Source: Octopus bimaculoides (Eukaryota). Taken from it: a stretch of DNA of 46,351 bases. The translations under genes were made by a program, and so were the position numbers. Of this stretch, positions 1-11,500 are shown one piece after another (position 1 is the first letter of the stretch; the number at the start of each line of letters is the position of its first letter). The DNA is taken from positions 44,522,902 to 44,569,252 of the forward strand of contig NC_068998.1 of NCBI RefSeq assembly GCF_001194135.2, read 5' to 3'. The notes beneath the pieces were generated by a model, which saw only the letters and a program-made list of their open reading frames with translations, ran no database searches and was not told the DNA's origin.

Positions 1-168
1 CACCTGCACAGGAGCCAGTCCAGCAACACTGGCAACGACCTCACTCGAATGTTTTTTCACGTGCCACCGGCACAAATGCCAGTAAGGCGATGCTGGTAAC
101 GATCACGCTCAAATGGTGCTATTTTTGTGCCACTGGCACAGCTCAAATGGTGCTATTTTCGTGCCACT
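1..168 (-). mobile_element. RTE-associated 3'-UTR-type repeat remnant, cut by the window edge
   Basis: Reiterated TTTT(C/T)(A)CGTGCCAC(C/T)GGCAC-like motifs. 28-nt duplication gctcaaatggtgctatttt(t/c)gtgccact at 107-134 and 141-168. A similar motif lies 3' of the RTE ORF remnant at 17865-18095, which sets the strand by inference. Confidence 0.5.
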
Positions 169-371
169 TTTAACCCCATTGTTTTTATTCTCTGATAATT
201 CAGATCAATTCATATTTGTGGATTTAACTCCTTGGCTTCTTGTTTTCTAAACTTTAAAATCTTCTTCAGGGAGTTTTTGTTTTCTAATTGTAACGATAAT
301 GTACATATCTGAGACTCTGCTATATGCATATGGACTGTGTATACACACACACACACACACGCACATACACA

Positions 372-492
372 CACTAGGATTAGGCACAGCTTCTGTGTGA
401 CAAATTACATGGTATTTAGCAAGGATGCTACACTGTAGAATTGAACTTGGAGTTCCATGTTTGGGAAACAAACTTCTTAGCTACACAGCTAT
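372..492 (-). mobile_element. SINE family A head, decayed
   Basis: Reverse complement atagctgtgtagctaagaagtttgtttcccaaacatgg...gttcaattc aligns with the head of the intact copy at 14474. Confidence 0.6.
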
Positions 493-686
493 TTCTGTAT
501 GTATGCACACACAGAGCATGTGTGTATGTGTGCATGTGTATATATATATATATATATAGATATAGATATATTTATTACATACATGTATGTATGTATGTAT
601 GTTGATAGTTTCCATGTCATTTCAAGAGGAAAATTACATATTCTTGAAAGTTTCAACTATTTGCAATTATTTTACTTTTGCATTGC

Positions 687-724
<38 letters not shown>

Positions 725-1569
725 GTGTGTGTTTATTTCTCTGCTAAATGGAATAAATTTATGAATATTTTGTTTTCTTTGTATCTCCCAATATTATTTT
801 TAATTTTTTTTTCGTTAAGACCCAATAAATACAAATGAGCGTGTGTGTGTGTATATTCTTACATATGGATATATATATTTATGTGTACGTGTATGCTTTC
901 CTGCCGAGGTTCCAATTTCTTGAAGCTATTTTATTTCGGAGAGGTAAGAGAATTCCAGACACATTGTCTGAGAAAATTCCCATCATTCTAATCAGAATGT
1001 GTTTTTTAATGATGATGTGAGAAAAAAGTTTGTGCATAGTTTTGTGGTTGTAAGTGTATTTTCGTGCATATGAATGCGTGCAGCTGCACATGCTTATGCA
1101 TACATGCATATTTATATGTGTGTATGTATGTTTGGAATTAAGCATGTGTTTTCTCCTTTTGTGTTTTCGTATCTACGTGTGTGTGTGCGTGTGTAGTTGG
1201 ATATATATTTGTTTGTTTTGCACAGTTTGTATACTTTTCATTAGCAAACTATCATTCATACAATCATAATAAAGCCACATTATGTTGTGGTTTTATTAAA
1301 TGGTGGTGGCCATATTGTAATTAGACTTTCAGTTTGTGGGGAAAATATTAGAAAAATAAAATGAAATATGAAACATCTCAAACTAAATACAACAAAAGGT
1401 AATTCTGAATACTTACAGTTTGATAGATCTCAATGGCTGTGAGTTGAAACTGCTTGGCTTTTGATCAAGTTGTCAGAAGCTCGAACCAGTCTGCTCCCAT
1501 AGAACATTGCTTGTTTCCAATTTCTTATTGTTTCACTTTAATATTTATATTAGATATTTATGTTTTGTG

Positions 1570-1816
1570 CAGTAATCCCTCCTCTATCATGGGTGTTATG
1601 TTCCAAAGCCCCCTGCGATTGGTTAAAATCGGCAATGTAGAAACAGTACAGTACTGTATATTTTTTATTATTATTTTTATGATTTGTATATATTTTAATA
1701 TAAATGCAAAACAACATCATGGAGGAATCAATGTAAGTTTAAATAATAAATTGTGATAGGTAAACTGTGATAGGTGAGCCGTGGTAGGTGAACCACTATA
1801 TGGTGAGGGATTACTG
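1570..1816. mobile_element. Tigger/pogo-like (Tc1-mariner) MITE, 247 bp
   Basis: Perfect 12-bp TIRs CAGTAATCCCTC (1570-1581) and GAGGGATTACTG (1805-1816). TA on the right flank, TG on the left (TA TSD with one change). No coding capacity. Confidence 0.8.
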
Positions 1817-1852
1817 TATTTATGTTTATATTTATATTTGATATTTATATTT

Positions 1853-2146
1853 GGCCAAATCATTAGCAAAATTTTTAGCAGCATTTCATCCATCTTTGCA
1901 TTCTGAGTTCAAATTCTGCCAAGGTTGACTTTGCTTTTCATCCTTCTGGGATTGATAAAAAAAAAAAGTATCAGTAAAGCACCGTGGTCAATGTAATTGA
2001 CTTGTCCACTCCTTCAAACTTGCAGGCCTTGTGCCAAAATTTGAAACCGATATTTATAGACAAGTAAGGCGGCAAGCTTAGCAGAATCTTTTCTGTTTTT
2101 ACATTCTGATATCAAATTTTGCCAAGGTCAACTTTGCCTTTCATCA
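1853..2146 (+). mobile_element. Two tandem SINE family B copies (1853-2053; truncated copy 2066-2146)
   Basis: B-box-like GAGTTCAAATTC, core ttgc(c/t)tttcatcctt and tail ggccttgtgccaaaatttgaaacc, shared with copies at 4309, 22205, 26275 and 44955. Confidence 0.8.
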
Positions 2147-2610
2147 CTGCCTATATATATTAACATTTCTTGATACCTAAATTAAAATTCTTCCCTTATG
2201 ATTTTAGTTTCTTTATGACAATTATCGTAAAACTAAGCAACACCAGTCATTTTTACCAGAATATTGACAATAACTTATTAGTAACTTACATATATATTTC
2301 ATTAAAATATCTGAAGTGACACAACAAAAATCACTCTTTAATTTAAATTCCTTCTGTTCTTTCAATTTATCTTTTGTGATGAAGAAAAAGACAATAACTG
2401 CAATTATATTATAATAGAAATTCTCATTAGTTACCAAATTGTTAGAATGTTAAGACAGTCATGTTGCAATGTCTTTCTTAAGTGATTATGATATAGAAGA
2501 GAATTGAAACGATTGCAAAATGACTTTTTTTGCCCCTAGGAATTGTAAATAGATTTTGATCTTTTTAGGTCAGAGGTTATGTTATGTCATTCACAGAACA
2601 GTATTAGATA

Positions 2611-2934
2611 CATGATGACATATGGCTTAGAGGTTAGGGTATTTGGCTTGCGATCATAGGGTTGTGAGCTCGATTCCAAGCGGTGCATTGTGTCCTTGAG
2701 CAAGACACTTTATTGCAAGTTGCTCCAGTCCACTCAGCTGGCAAAAATAAGTAGTACCTGTATTTCAAGGGGCCAGCCTTGTCATACTCTGTGTCATGCT
2801 GAATCTCCCTGAGAAGTATGTGAAGGGATATGTGTGTCTGTGGAGTGCTCAGCCACCTGCATGTTAATCTGAAGAGCAAGCTGTTCTATTCATCGGATCA
2901 ACTGGAACCCTCGTCGTCGTAAGCAACAGAGTGC
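2611..2934 (+). mobile_element. SINE family C, full length, with TSD
   Basis: A-box-like TGGCTTAGAGG, B-box-like GAGCTCGATTCC, core gctccagtccactcagctg, and a 3' module shared with 24118-24225. Flanked by cagtatta(g/a)ata at 2599-2610 and 2935-2946 (11/12 match). Confidence 0.85.
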
Positions 2935-3892
2935 CAGTATTAAATATGTTACTGGTACTTATTTAGCAAGCTCCAAACAGAGGCAAGGCCAATTTGATAT
3001 TAGCAAGATTTGCTTAATTGTACAGAACTGAAAAGTCAAGACATTTTCTGATTACTTTATCATCTGTTGCTACATTAGGGAATACATCTTGTTTCTCTCT
3101 CTCTGTGTGTGTGTGTGGAGTATCATATTATGCTACACTACACTCAAAACCTTCCCTGTGTTGGATCTTGAGCCTACAGTGGACCGTGGACTGCATACTG
3201 AAGTATACTCTTGTGTGATCTTATGTATATGTTGGGTGTATTTGGTCTATATTTGTGGATGTATGCAGCATAAATGGAAGGACAAATTTGTATATGCTTT
3301 TGTTAGTACATGAGTGTTCATACAGACTGTTATTATACAGGCATGCTATTCTCAGCTCTACCTTGGTGCTTTTGTTATCAAAATACCTTGATCTTATTGG
3401 ATCCTGAAAAATAATTATATATATATATATATATATNNNNNNNNNNNNNNNNNNNNNNNNNNNNNNNNNNNNNNNNNNNNNNNNNNNNNNNNNNNNNNNN
3501 NNNNNNNNNNNNNNNNNNNNNNNNNNNNNTATATAATCTCGTCTTCTCCCACCTTGTCTCTATCTCACTGTCCTCTTCTCTTCTTTCACAATCTATCAAC
3601 ACATTCTTCTCTTCACTCCTCAGGGGAGATAAAGTGGAAGAGATGTCCTTCATCTGTTATAGCATCACAATAAATCATTTCTTTTTGAATCACAATTATT
3701 TTCAGTTACATAAGAGGTCCTAGAAATTGAATTAAAACTGAATTAAAGTGCTAGGAATTTTCGTGATTAATTTTTCACTCGGGGGGAATATTAAAATTTT
3801 TAATTTATAAACTGACTAGTATCATCTGTATGACCATTTAAAAAAAATTTTCTGTTTTATTGCCTGATAATTATTGGTTGTTCATAGCTAAG

Positions 3893-4002
3893 TAGTTCTT
3901 GTCTTTTAGCTCCAAGAAAGCCTTGATTGAGCAAATCTATGCCAGTTCCATCCTTCATCCCAGTAGTGTTTTTAAGATTATATTATCCAATGTATCATGT
4001 CC
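3893..4002 (-). mobile_element. Unclassified repeat family E, 3' part
   Basis: Reverse complement cattggataatataatc...atagatttgctcaatcaaggc...ggagctaaaagacaagaac resembles the E copies at 12560-12780 and 41985-42045. Confidence 0.55.
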
Positions 4003-4107
4003 TGCAATATATTAATGACATCTGTATGATCTTGTGACAGTTTTAACTGCTATATCTACCAAATTGACAGACCACATAGAGGCTTTTGCCATACACATAT
4101 TTTACTC

Positions 4108-4291
4108 TAATATTTATTTCATTATTGCCCACAGGGGAGCTAAATATAGAGGGGACAAACAAGGATTGGTACTTATTTAATCGACCCCAAAAGGATGAAA
4201 GGCAAAGCCGACCTCAGCAGAATTTGAACTCAGGACCTAAAGATAGATGAAATACCACTTAGCATTTCGCCCGCCGTGCTAACGTTTCTGC
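4108..4291 (-). mobile_element. SINE family B
   Basis: Reverse complement gcagaaacgttagcacggcgggcgaaatgct...gagttcaaattctgctgaggtcggctttgcctttcatcctt. Its tail (ttgtttgtcccctct...tgtgggcaataatgaaataaa) differs from the 4309 copy. Confidence 0.85.
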
Positions 4292-4308
4292 TATTAGCAT
4301 ATTGCAAA

Positions 4309-4509
4309 GTGACAAACTGGCAGAATCGTTAGCATGCCAGGAAAAATGCTTAGAGACATTTCATTCATCTTTATGTTTTGAGTTCAAATTCTGCCGAGGT
4401 CCACGTTGCCTTTCATCCTTTCAGGATTGATGAAATAAGTATTAGATTGAGTGCTAGAGTTGATGTATTCGACTTACCGCCTCCTCAAAGTTGCTGACCT
4501 TGTGCTAAG
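4309..4509 (+). mobile_element. SINE family B, head-to-head with the previous copy, ends at a gap
   Basis: ctggcagaatcgttagcatgcc...gagttcaaattctgccgagg...ttgcctttcatcctt. Confidence 0.85.
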
Positions 4510-5392
4510 NNNNNNNNNNNNNNNNNNNNNNNNNNNNNNNNNNNNNNNNNNNNNNNNNNNNNNNNNNNNNNNNNNNNNNNNNNNNNNNNNNNNNNNNNNN
4601 NNNNNNNNNNNNNNNNNNNNNNNNNNNNNNNNNNNNNNNNNNNNNNNNNNNNNNNNNNNNNNNNNNNNNNNNNNNNNNNNNNNNNNNNNNNNNNNNNNNN
4701 NNNNNNNNNNNNNNNNNNNNNNNNNNNNNNNNNNNNNNNNNNNNNNNNNNNNNNNNNNNNNNNNNNNNNNNNNNNNNNNNNNNNNNNNNNNNNNNNNNNN
4801 NNNNNNNNNNNNNNNNNNNNNNNNNNNNNNNNNNNNNNNNNNNNNNNNNNNNNNNNNNNNNNNNNNNNNNNNNNNNNNNNNNNNNNNNNNNNNNNNNNNN
4901 NNNNNNNNNNNNNNNNNNNNNNNNNNNNNNNNNNNNNNNNNNNNNNNNNNNNNNNNNNNNNNNNNNNNNNNNNNNNNNNNNNNNNNNNNNNNNNNNNNNN
5001 NNNNNNNNNNNNNNNNNNNNNNNNNNNNNNNNNNNNNNNNNNNNNNNNNNNNNNNNNNNNNNNNNNNNNNNNNNNNNNNNNNNNNNNNNNNNNNNNNNNN
5101 NNNNNNNNNNNNNNNNNNNNNNNNNNNNNNNNNNNNNNNNNNNNNNNNNNNNNNNNNNNNNNNNNNNNNNNNNNNNNNNNNNNNNNNNNNNNNNNNNNNN
5201 NNNNNNNNNNNNNNNNNNNNNNNNNNNNNNNNNNNNNNNNNNNNNNNNNNNNNNNNNNNNNNNNNNNNNNNNNNNNNNNNNNNNNNNNNNNNNNNNNNNN
5301 NNNNNNNNNNNNNNNNNNNNNNNNNNNNNNNNNNNNNNNNNNNNNNNNNNNNNNNNNNNNNNNNNNNNNNNNNNNNNNNNAAGGGGATCTCA

Positions 5393-5469
<77 letters not shown>

Positions 5470-5545
5470 TAGTATATTGGCCAGTGTATTAACAATTGTG
5501 CAAGCTCACCATCTTGTTATCATTGTTGTTGTTGTTGTTAATAAT

Positions 5546-5740
5546 AATATTGGTATCAAATTTTGTTACAAGGCCAGCAATTTTGGGGGAGGGGTAAGTC
5601 AATATAATTGACACCATTACTCAGTTGGTACTTGTATTATAATAGAAGACATTTGTCCAAGGTGCCAGACAGTGAGGTTGAACCTGAAACCATATGGCTG
5701 CAAAGCAATCTTCTTAACCACACAGCCAAGCTTGTGCCTA
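5546..5740 (-). mobile_element. Chimeric SINE: family A head plus family B tail
   Basis: 5740-5641 aligns to the A head up to aaatgtcttctattata. 5636-5546 aligns to the B tail aagtaccaactgag...aaattgctggccttg...aaatttgatacc. Confidence 0.7.
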
Positions 5741-6213
5741 CATATTCAATTAAGTTACTGTTTTTAGAACCTTGTTAACTTGTTACAAATTGCTATTTTA
5801 ATGTTTCTGTGTTTGTTTTATAATTTTATTTTTACATCAGATGACGGAGTAAATCTCTAGAACTGGTATCATAAAACCAGTCAAAATTCTGATAAAATTG
5901 TGAACTTAATTGAAAAATGTGTTATATTTGTGTCTCATAATTTCGCTGTAAACTGAATAAATTGAAAAATATCATGAATTAATAGTTAATTCCAACAATA
6001 ACCAAATCTTTGAATTTAATAACTAAATTGTTGGAAAATTAATTTTTTAGTAATATCAAACTTTTAATCTATTTTTAATAAAATTGAACTATAATAGTCC
6101 AGGAGACTAACAGTAAATGTCTGCTGAGATTGTGATTTGTTTAATAAAGATAAGCTAATAGTTTATACTGATGTGTGTTGGGATGAAAAGGAATTTCAGT
6201 TTTTAAGACATAC

Positions 6214-6358
6214 TAATAGTTTTCTTTATAAGAATCTGTATTTTAGACATGAACTGGACACGTTTAGGGGTTTTGTTTCCTATGTCAACATCAGGACTAC
6301 AAAATCGTTTACTAATCAGTGTCAAAGTTACCATAGCAAGAGCAGGGCACTCTTTAAT
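6214..6358 (-). CDS. Unverified candidate exon, 145 nt: IKECPALAMVTLTLISKRFCSPDVDIGNKTPKRVQFMSKIQILIKKTI
   Basis: Acceptor ctgccatttatgatag, donor gtatgt, open phase 0 to phase 1. No homology recognised; could be chance. Confidence 0.25.
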
Positions 6359-6504
6359 CTATCATAAATGGCAGTTGGTTTTTATAGTATTACACAGCCT
6401 TTTAAAAGGCAGAGGTATCGGATAATGTAGTCTAAGGTGAAAAACAGATATTCCAGAAAAGAATTGGATAGTTGTGAATGGAGTACCTAGTTTACCATGA
6501 CTGG

Positions 6505-6661
6505 TGGCTGTGTGGTAAGAAGTTTGCTTCCCAACCACATGGTTCTGGGTTCAGTCCTGTGTGGTACCTTGGGTAAATATCTTCTACTATAGCCTCAGGC
6601 TGACAAAATCCTTGTGAGTGAATTTGATAGACAGAAACTGAAAGAAGCCCATCATACATGT

Positions 6662-6713
<52 letters not shown>

Positions 6714-6846
6714 AGGTGTGTCTTTGTCCCCCCCTCCCGCTGCTTGACAAATGGTGTTGATGTGTTAACATCTCCATAACATTGCGATTCAGCAAAAGAG
6801 ATTGATAGAATATGTACTAGGCTTGGTAGTCGATTTGTTTAACTAA
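6505..6846 (+). mobile_element. SINE family A with internal (TA)n(TG)n, 3' part shortened
   Basis: tggctgtgtggtaagaagtttgcttcccaaccacatgg...gaaactgaaagaagccc, then the microsatellite, then tttgtccccc...gatagaatatgtactaggctt. Confidence 0.85.
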
Positions 6847-7657
6847 AATATACAAACAAGCTAAGTGTCTAATTTCAGCAGAAACATTTGGCCCCCCATG
6901 CTAATTATAAGGGCTTCATCACTCTGCATTATTCTATCTGTGCTACTGTCAAAGACTAACATTTCACTGATGATTCTTTCATAGAAGCAGTTATGTGTCA
7001 CAGAACTGGATGTTATTAAATAGGTGGTTGTCTTGGTTAGAAATTGTTCGATATCAGAACTGGTTTAGCAGGAAATTGGTTAACAGATTTTTCTAGATGC
7101 TTAGTCAAATAAGTAGTTACATATAAAATTTTGTACTCTAATTACCTAACTATATGTATGCACACACACACATATGTGTGTGTATATGTATATATATATA
7201 TATAGATATATAGATGTCTATACATATATACACAATATATATTATATACACATACATAAACTCTAAATACGTAATATATGTAGTATATAATACACACATC
7301 TGTGTGTATGTATGTATTTATGTATGTATGTATAGGCATGTTGCCATGTATATAGGCATCAGTGTAGGAAAGCATGTAAGTGGTGAAATATATAAACAAA
7401 TGGCATGAGAAATATAAATACAAATATATTTACAGAGAATAGAGTCAGAGATTCAAATGAAGTCAGTAAAGCATAAACAGATTAAAGATAAACAAAACTT
7501 ACAGCAATCCATTTTATAAGGAAAACATTTATTAAATGTATTTGTGTGTGTGTGCATAATTTACCTGGACATAGATTTATACATTTATATATAAATGTAT
7601 ATATATATATATAAGTCAGTAAATAGTGGGGTTGTGTTAACCGCACGTGGAGAAATA

Positions 7658-8480
7658 ATAGGAAAATGAAAAATAATAATAAGGCAGAATGCTAAACTGG
7701 AAACATATTTTAATAAAGATTTCTCTAACCGGCTTTCATTGCGAAGCAAATTTTCAAGAAGAGGGAGAATGAAAATGTTTTTTACAAAGAAGTACAAAAT
7801 GAAGAAAATAATATATAAAAAAAATAATATATAAAAAAATAAATATACCAATACATTACATTGTCTTTGAGCTTTTAAAGTTCAATGGTAATCCATGTAG
7901 ATAATGGTTGGAANNNNNNNNNNNNNNNNNNNNNNNNNNNNNNNNNNNNNNNNNNNNNNNNNNNNNNNNNNNNNNNNNNNNNNNNNNNNNNNNNNNNNNN
8001 NNNNNNNNNNNNNNNNNNNNNNNNNNNNNNNNNNNNNNNNNNNNNNNNNNNNNNNNNNNNNNNNNNNNNNNNNNNNNNNNNNNNNNNNNNNNNNNNNNNN
8101 NNNNNNNNNNNNNNNNNNNNNNNNNNNNNNNNNNNNNNNNNNNNNNNNNNNNNNNNNNNNNNNNNNNNNNNNNNNNNNNNNNNNNNNNNNNNNNNNNNNN
8201 NNNNNNNNNNNNNNNNNNNNNNNNNNNNNNNNNNNNNNNNNNNNNNNNNNNNNNNNNNNNNNNNNNNNNNNNNNNNNNNNNNNNNNNNNNNNNNGGTATA
8301 TTTATTTTTTTATATATTATTTTTTTATATATTATTTTCTTCATTTTGTACTTCTTTGTAAAAAACATTTTCATTCTCCCTCTTCTTGAAAATTTGCCTC
8401 GCAATGAAAGCCGGTTAGAGAAATCTTTATTAAAATATGTTTCCAGTTTAGCATTCTGCCTTATTATTATTTTTCATTTT

Positions 8481-8485
<5 letters not shown>
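7658..8485. repeat. Near-perfect inverted repeat, arms 7658-7849 and 8295-8485, around a 381-N gap
   Basis: The 192-nt and 191-nt arms are reverse complements apart from one substitution (gcgaagc vs gcgaggc) and one homopolymer length difference (A8 vs T7). Confidence 0.9.
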
Positions 8486-8528
<43 letters not shown>

Positions 8529-11500
8529 TATATATACACATGTATATATTTATATATATGTGTGTGTGTGTGTGTGTGTTAGAACGTTGGTTGCCTAGGT
8601 AAAACTCTACTTCAAGTCTTCTAGTGGCATGAGAAATTCGAGATAGAACCCCAACTAAGATGCAGCGATGTGGTTAAATACAATACAGAGAGTGGTCATC
8701 AATACTCACAGTAGGAGCACTGTGGCTGGGAACAGAAAACTGTGAAGGAAATCACGTCACTTTGGATACTATGACTCAAGGCATTTCATATGAACAGTCA
8801 TCATCAACTATGAATAGCATGCCTGCGGTGATGATATACAGGCATACATATATGTATACATACATGTCTGTGTATGTCTTACATGTATATTTCTCAAATA
8901 TATATATATACATATATTTATACACGCACACACACACCACATATATGTATGCTCACATACACACATAAATTCATATTATGGCTGCATCTCAATTTTGAAC
9001 ATTGTCATTGCTTGCTATTTCTCTTCAATGAGAGCAGCACACATGTGGCTTTTCAATTTTGCAAGGATCCTACATTTTTTTCAACAAATATGACATTGAT
9101 GGACACCTCTTGCAGTAGATGTACAGTGAGCTTACTGCACATGCTGACAGATGCTTGCTTTTCATCATGGAATCTTTCATCGACTGCTTTGCTTTTTCCA
9201 ATTATAGTCATCCATATAATTTAAAACATAAAAAAGGTGTTAAAAATCATGTGATTCCTCTACCTGGTGCTTTTAAAAGTGAGGCAAGGAAAGAAGATAC
9301 CCTGCATGGGTTCACTTCCACTCTCTAAACAATGTATGCATTTTCCCTATCATTAGATGCAAACGAAGTTGTAGGTTTTACATAAGAATTTTCCATTTGC
9401 AAGGGAGATGTCTAAACAAAGACTAAGAACTTTCATTCTTAGTTGCTGAATGGCCATTGGCTCTACCAAGTTCATCCACTCTTTGGCAATTTTTGTATTT
9501 TGTCCAGCAGGATGTCCAACAAAAGCCACTCACCTTACCATATGAATTGAGATGTGTGCGAGAAAGCACACGTTTCTATTATTTGTCTGTCTGTTTGTCT
9601 ATCAATCAATTTATCTATCTCTCTATCATTTTAGTCTGAAGCAGCTTAAAAATGTAAACATATATAAATATGACACTATGTATTGTTAAATGCTGTACCA
9701 CTTCATCCAGGTCAGACCCCTGTGAAGATGTATTGTACTTAAAAACATGGCATATCTCAAAGCTATGTGAACTGAAGTTGCCCTAGAAGTGAAAGGAAGT
9801 GACAGATACCAATGGTTCATGGTCATTTCTTCTCTTCCGTACCACATACATATATGTATATCACTTGATGGTTTGTTTATTTATTTATTCATTTATTTAT
9901 TCATTCATTTATACCTTATCTAGTCAAACAATTTGTAGATTTTAAAGCAATTTGGTAAAATAGAAGTTAAGTGTGCATATGTACTGAATTCTGCTCTGTC
10001 CATTTCATGCATGTCATTCAATGTGAACTAGATGTATAGTATAACCTTCTTATAGAACATTCTGTTGGAATAAATATATTCTATAGTAAATATATAAGTA
10101 AGTTGGATGAAGTAGGATTACAAAGAGATGAAGCATTTATTCAAACCAATGGGAGATATGCCAAGGGTATACATGATGTTTCCTGGCATGTGATTTTCCA
10201 TGGTAGGTGGACAGACTAAATACCAAGAGGTAGTTAATGTAAAGGACAGGTGAGATGTAGCAAACATCCACATTCTACTATCTGTCTCCATAAATGCTTT
10301 AACATTCTCCATGCTGCCTCTTTTTCAAAAGAGATAAGAATCTTTACAAACTTTTAGCTAGAAGCTCACTAGCTTTCCCTAGCCACATCCAAACAGTGGT
10401 TGCCAAATGTGCTTGGCATATATTTCCACATCTGTGTCTACATCTTCTCGTTTAGGACCAAATAACGTTTCTTCTCCTCTCCTTAATCCCACCACACATC
10501 ATCTGCTTTTATGAATGTATATTATACAGAAAGCTTCAAAATGCTTTTACTTTAGTTTATATTTTATTTCTGTCATTTATCCATTTCACCATTATCTTAT
10601 TTTTAATACCCTTGTGTGTATGTGTAAATAAGAACATGCAAGCTGGTTCCGAAAGTTCCATTGTCCTTGTGTTCATGTAACATCCACATGTGTGTGTGTT
10701 GTAGTCACTGACACAGTCAACATAAACCATTTTTCTTTCCTTCCACAGTTATTTTTTTTCCAGTTCTAACCTCCCAATTCTTTCATCTTGCTTACTCTCT
10801 CCATATGTTCTCTTAAATTCACTCTCTCCCCCCTACCTGCTCACATTCTAAATTCTCTTCTGTCAAAGACTACTTCCCTCCCAAATAAATACTAATAACT
10901 CTTTGCCATTCCCTATCGTCCTCTATTGTGTCCAAGATCTCTTGGACAATGACAAAAGAAAAGAAAGTTTCTTTCTTCCAATAGAAAGGCTTTGTTTGAA
11001 TCTGCAAAACTCTCCTCATATCATCATAAAAACTTAAGAAACTTTAACATTTATCATTAAATGCGATTTTTGCTGACACAGACCAACACTAGACTCCTGA
11101 GGTTCTGTTCTTTTTTTCACATGTGTGTGTGTGTGCATGTGTCTATAATTACACATAGCATGCATGCACACATGGAAGCATGTGTGCATTGAAGCATATG
11201 TACAATAATAATGAGAAAATCTAGAAACATCCTGAATCTGTATGTATTAATTTCCTTCAATCACTTTCTATGTTAACTTATAAAATGGTTCTGGATACAT
11301 TTTTCTGTTAGGAGTTTATTAGCTTATCTAATTTGAGCAAAAATGAATAATGAAAACATATATTGATTCCATTATTTGTTTGGTTTTGTTTGTTGCTGTT
11401 GTTATTGTCCTTATAACATTATTGATTGATAGTTTAATATCTCAAGCCCTCACACGTAGAATGTTCTTTCACTTGATCAGGTATTTTATTAGAACAAATT

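Noticed and set aside
926-967. Minus-strand TMCLEFSYLSEIK, reminiscent of a GH47 mannosidase motif
   Set aside because: An immediate stop follows, there is no usable donor, and 13 residues is within chance.
3860-3995. Protein-like minus frame GMKDGTGIDLLNQGFLGAKRQELL
   Set aside because: The DNA aligns with repeat family E.
8678-8830. Plus frame GALWLGTENCEGNHV, similar to the VWLGTE propeller motif
   Set aside because: The match is six residues, the donor is poor, and the frame runs on into microsatellite.
9258-9278. aaaagcacca(a)ggtagag shared with 3355-3372
   Set aside because: A 17-nt match with an indel is expected by chance in 46 kb on both strands.
10925-10950. Hairpin tgtccaaga-tc-tcttggaca
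   Set aside because: An isolated 9-bp stem with no supporting context.
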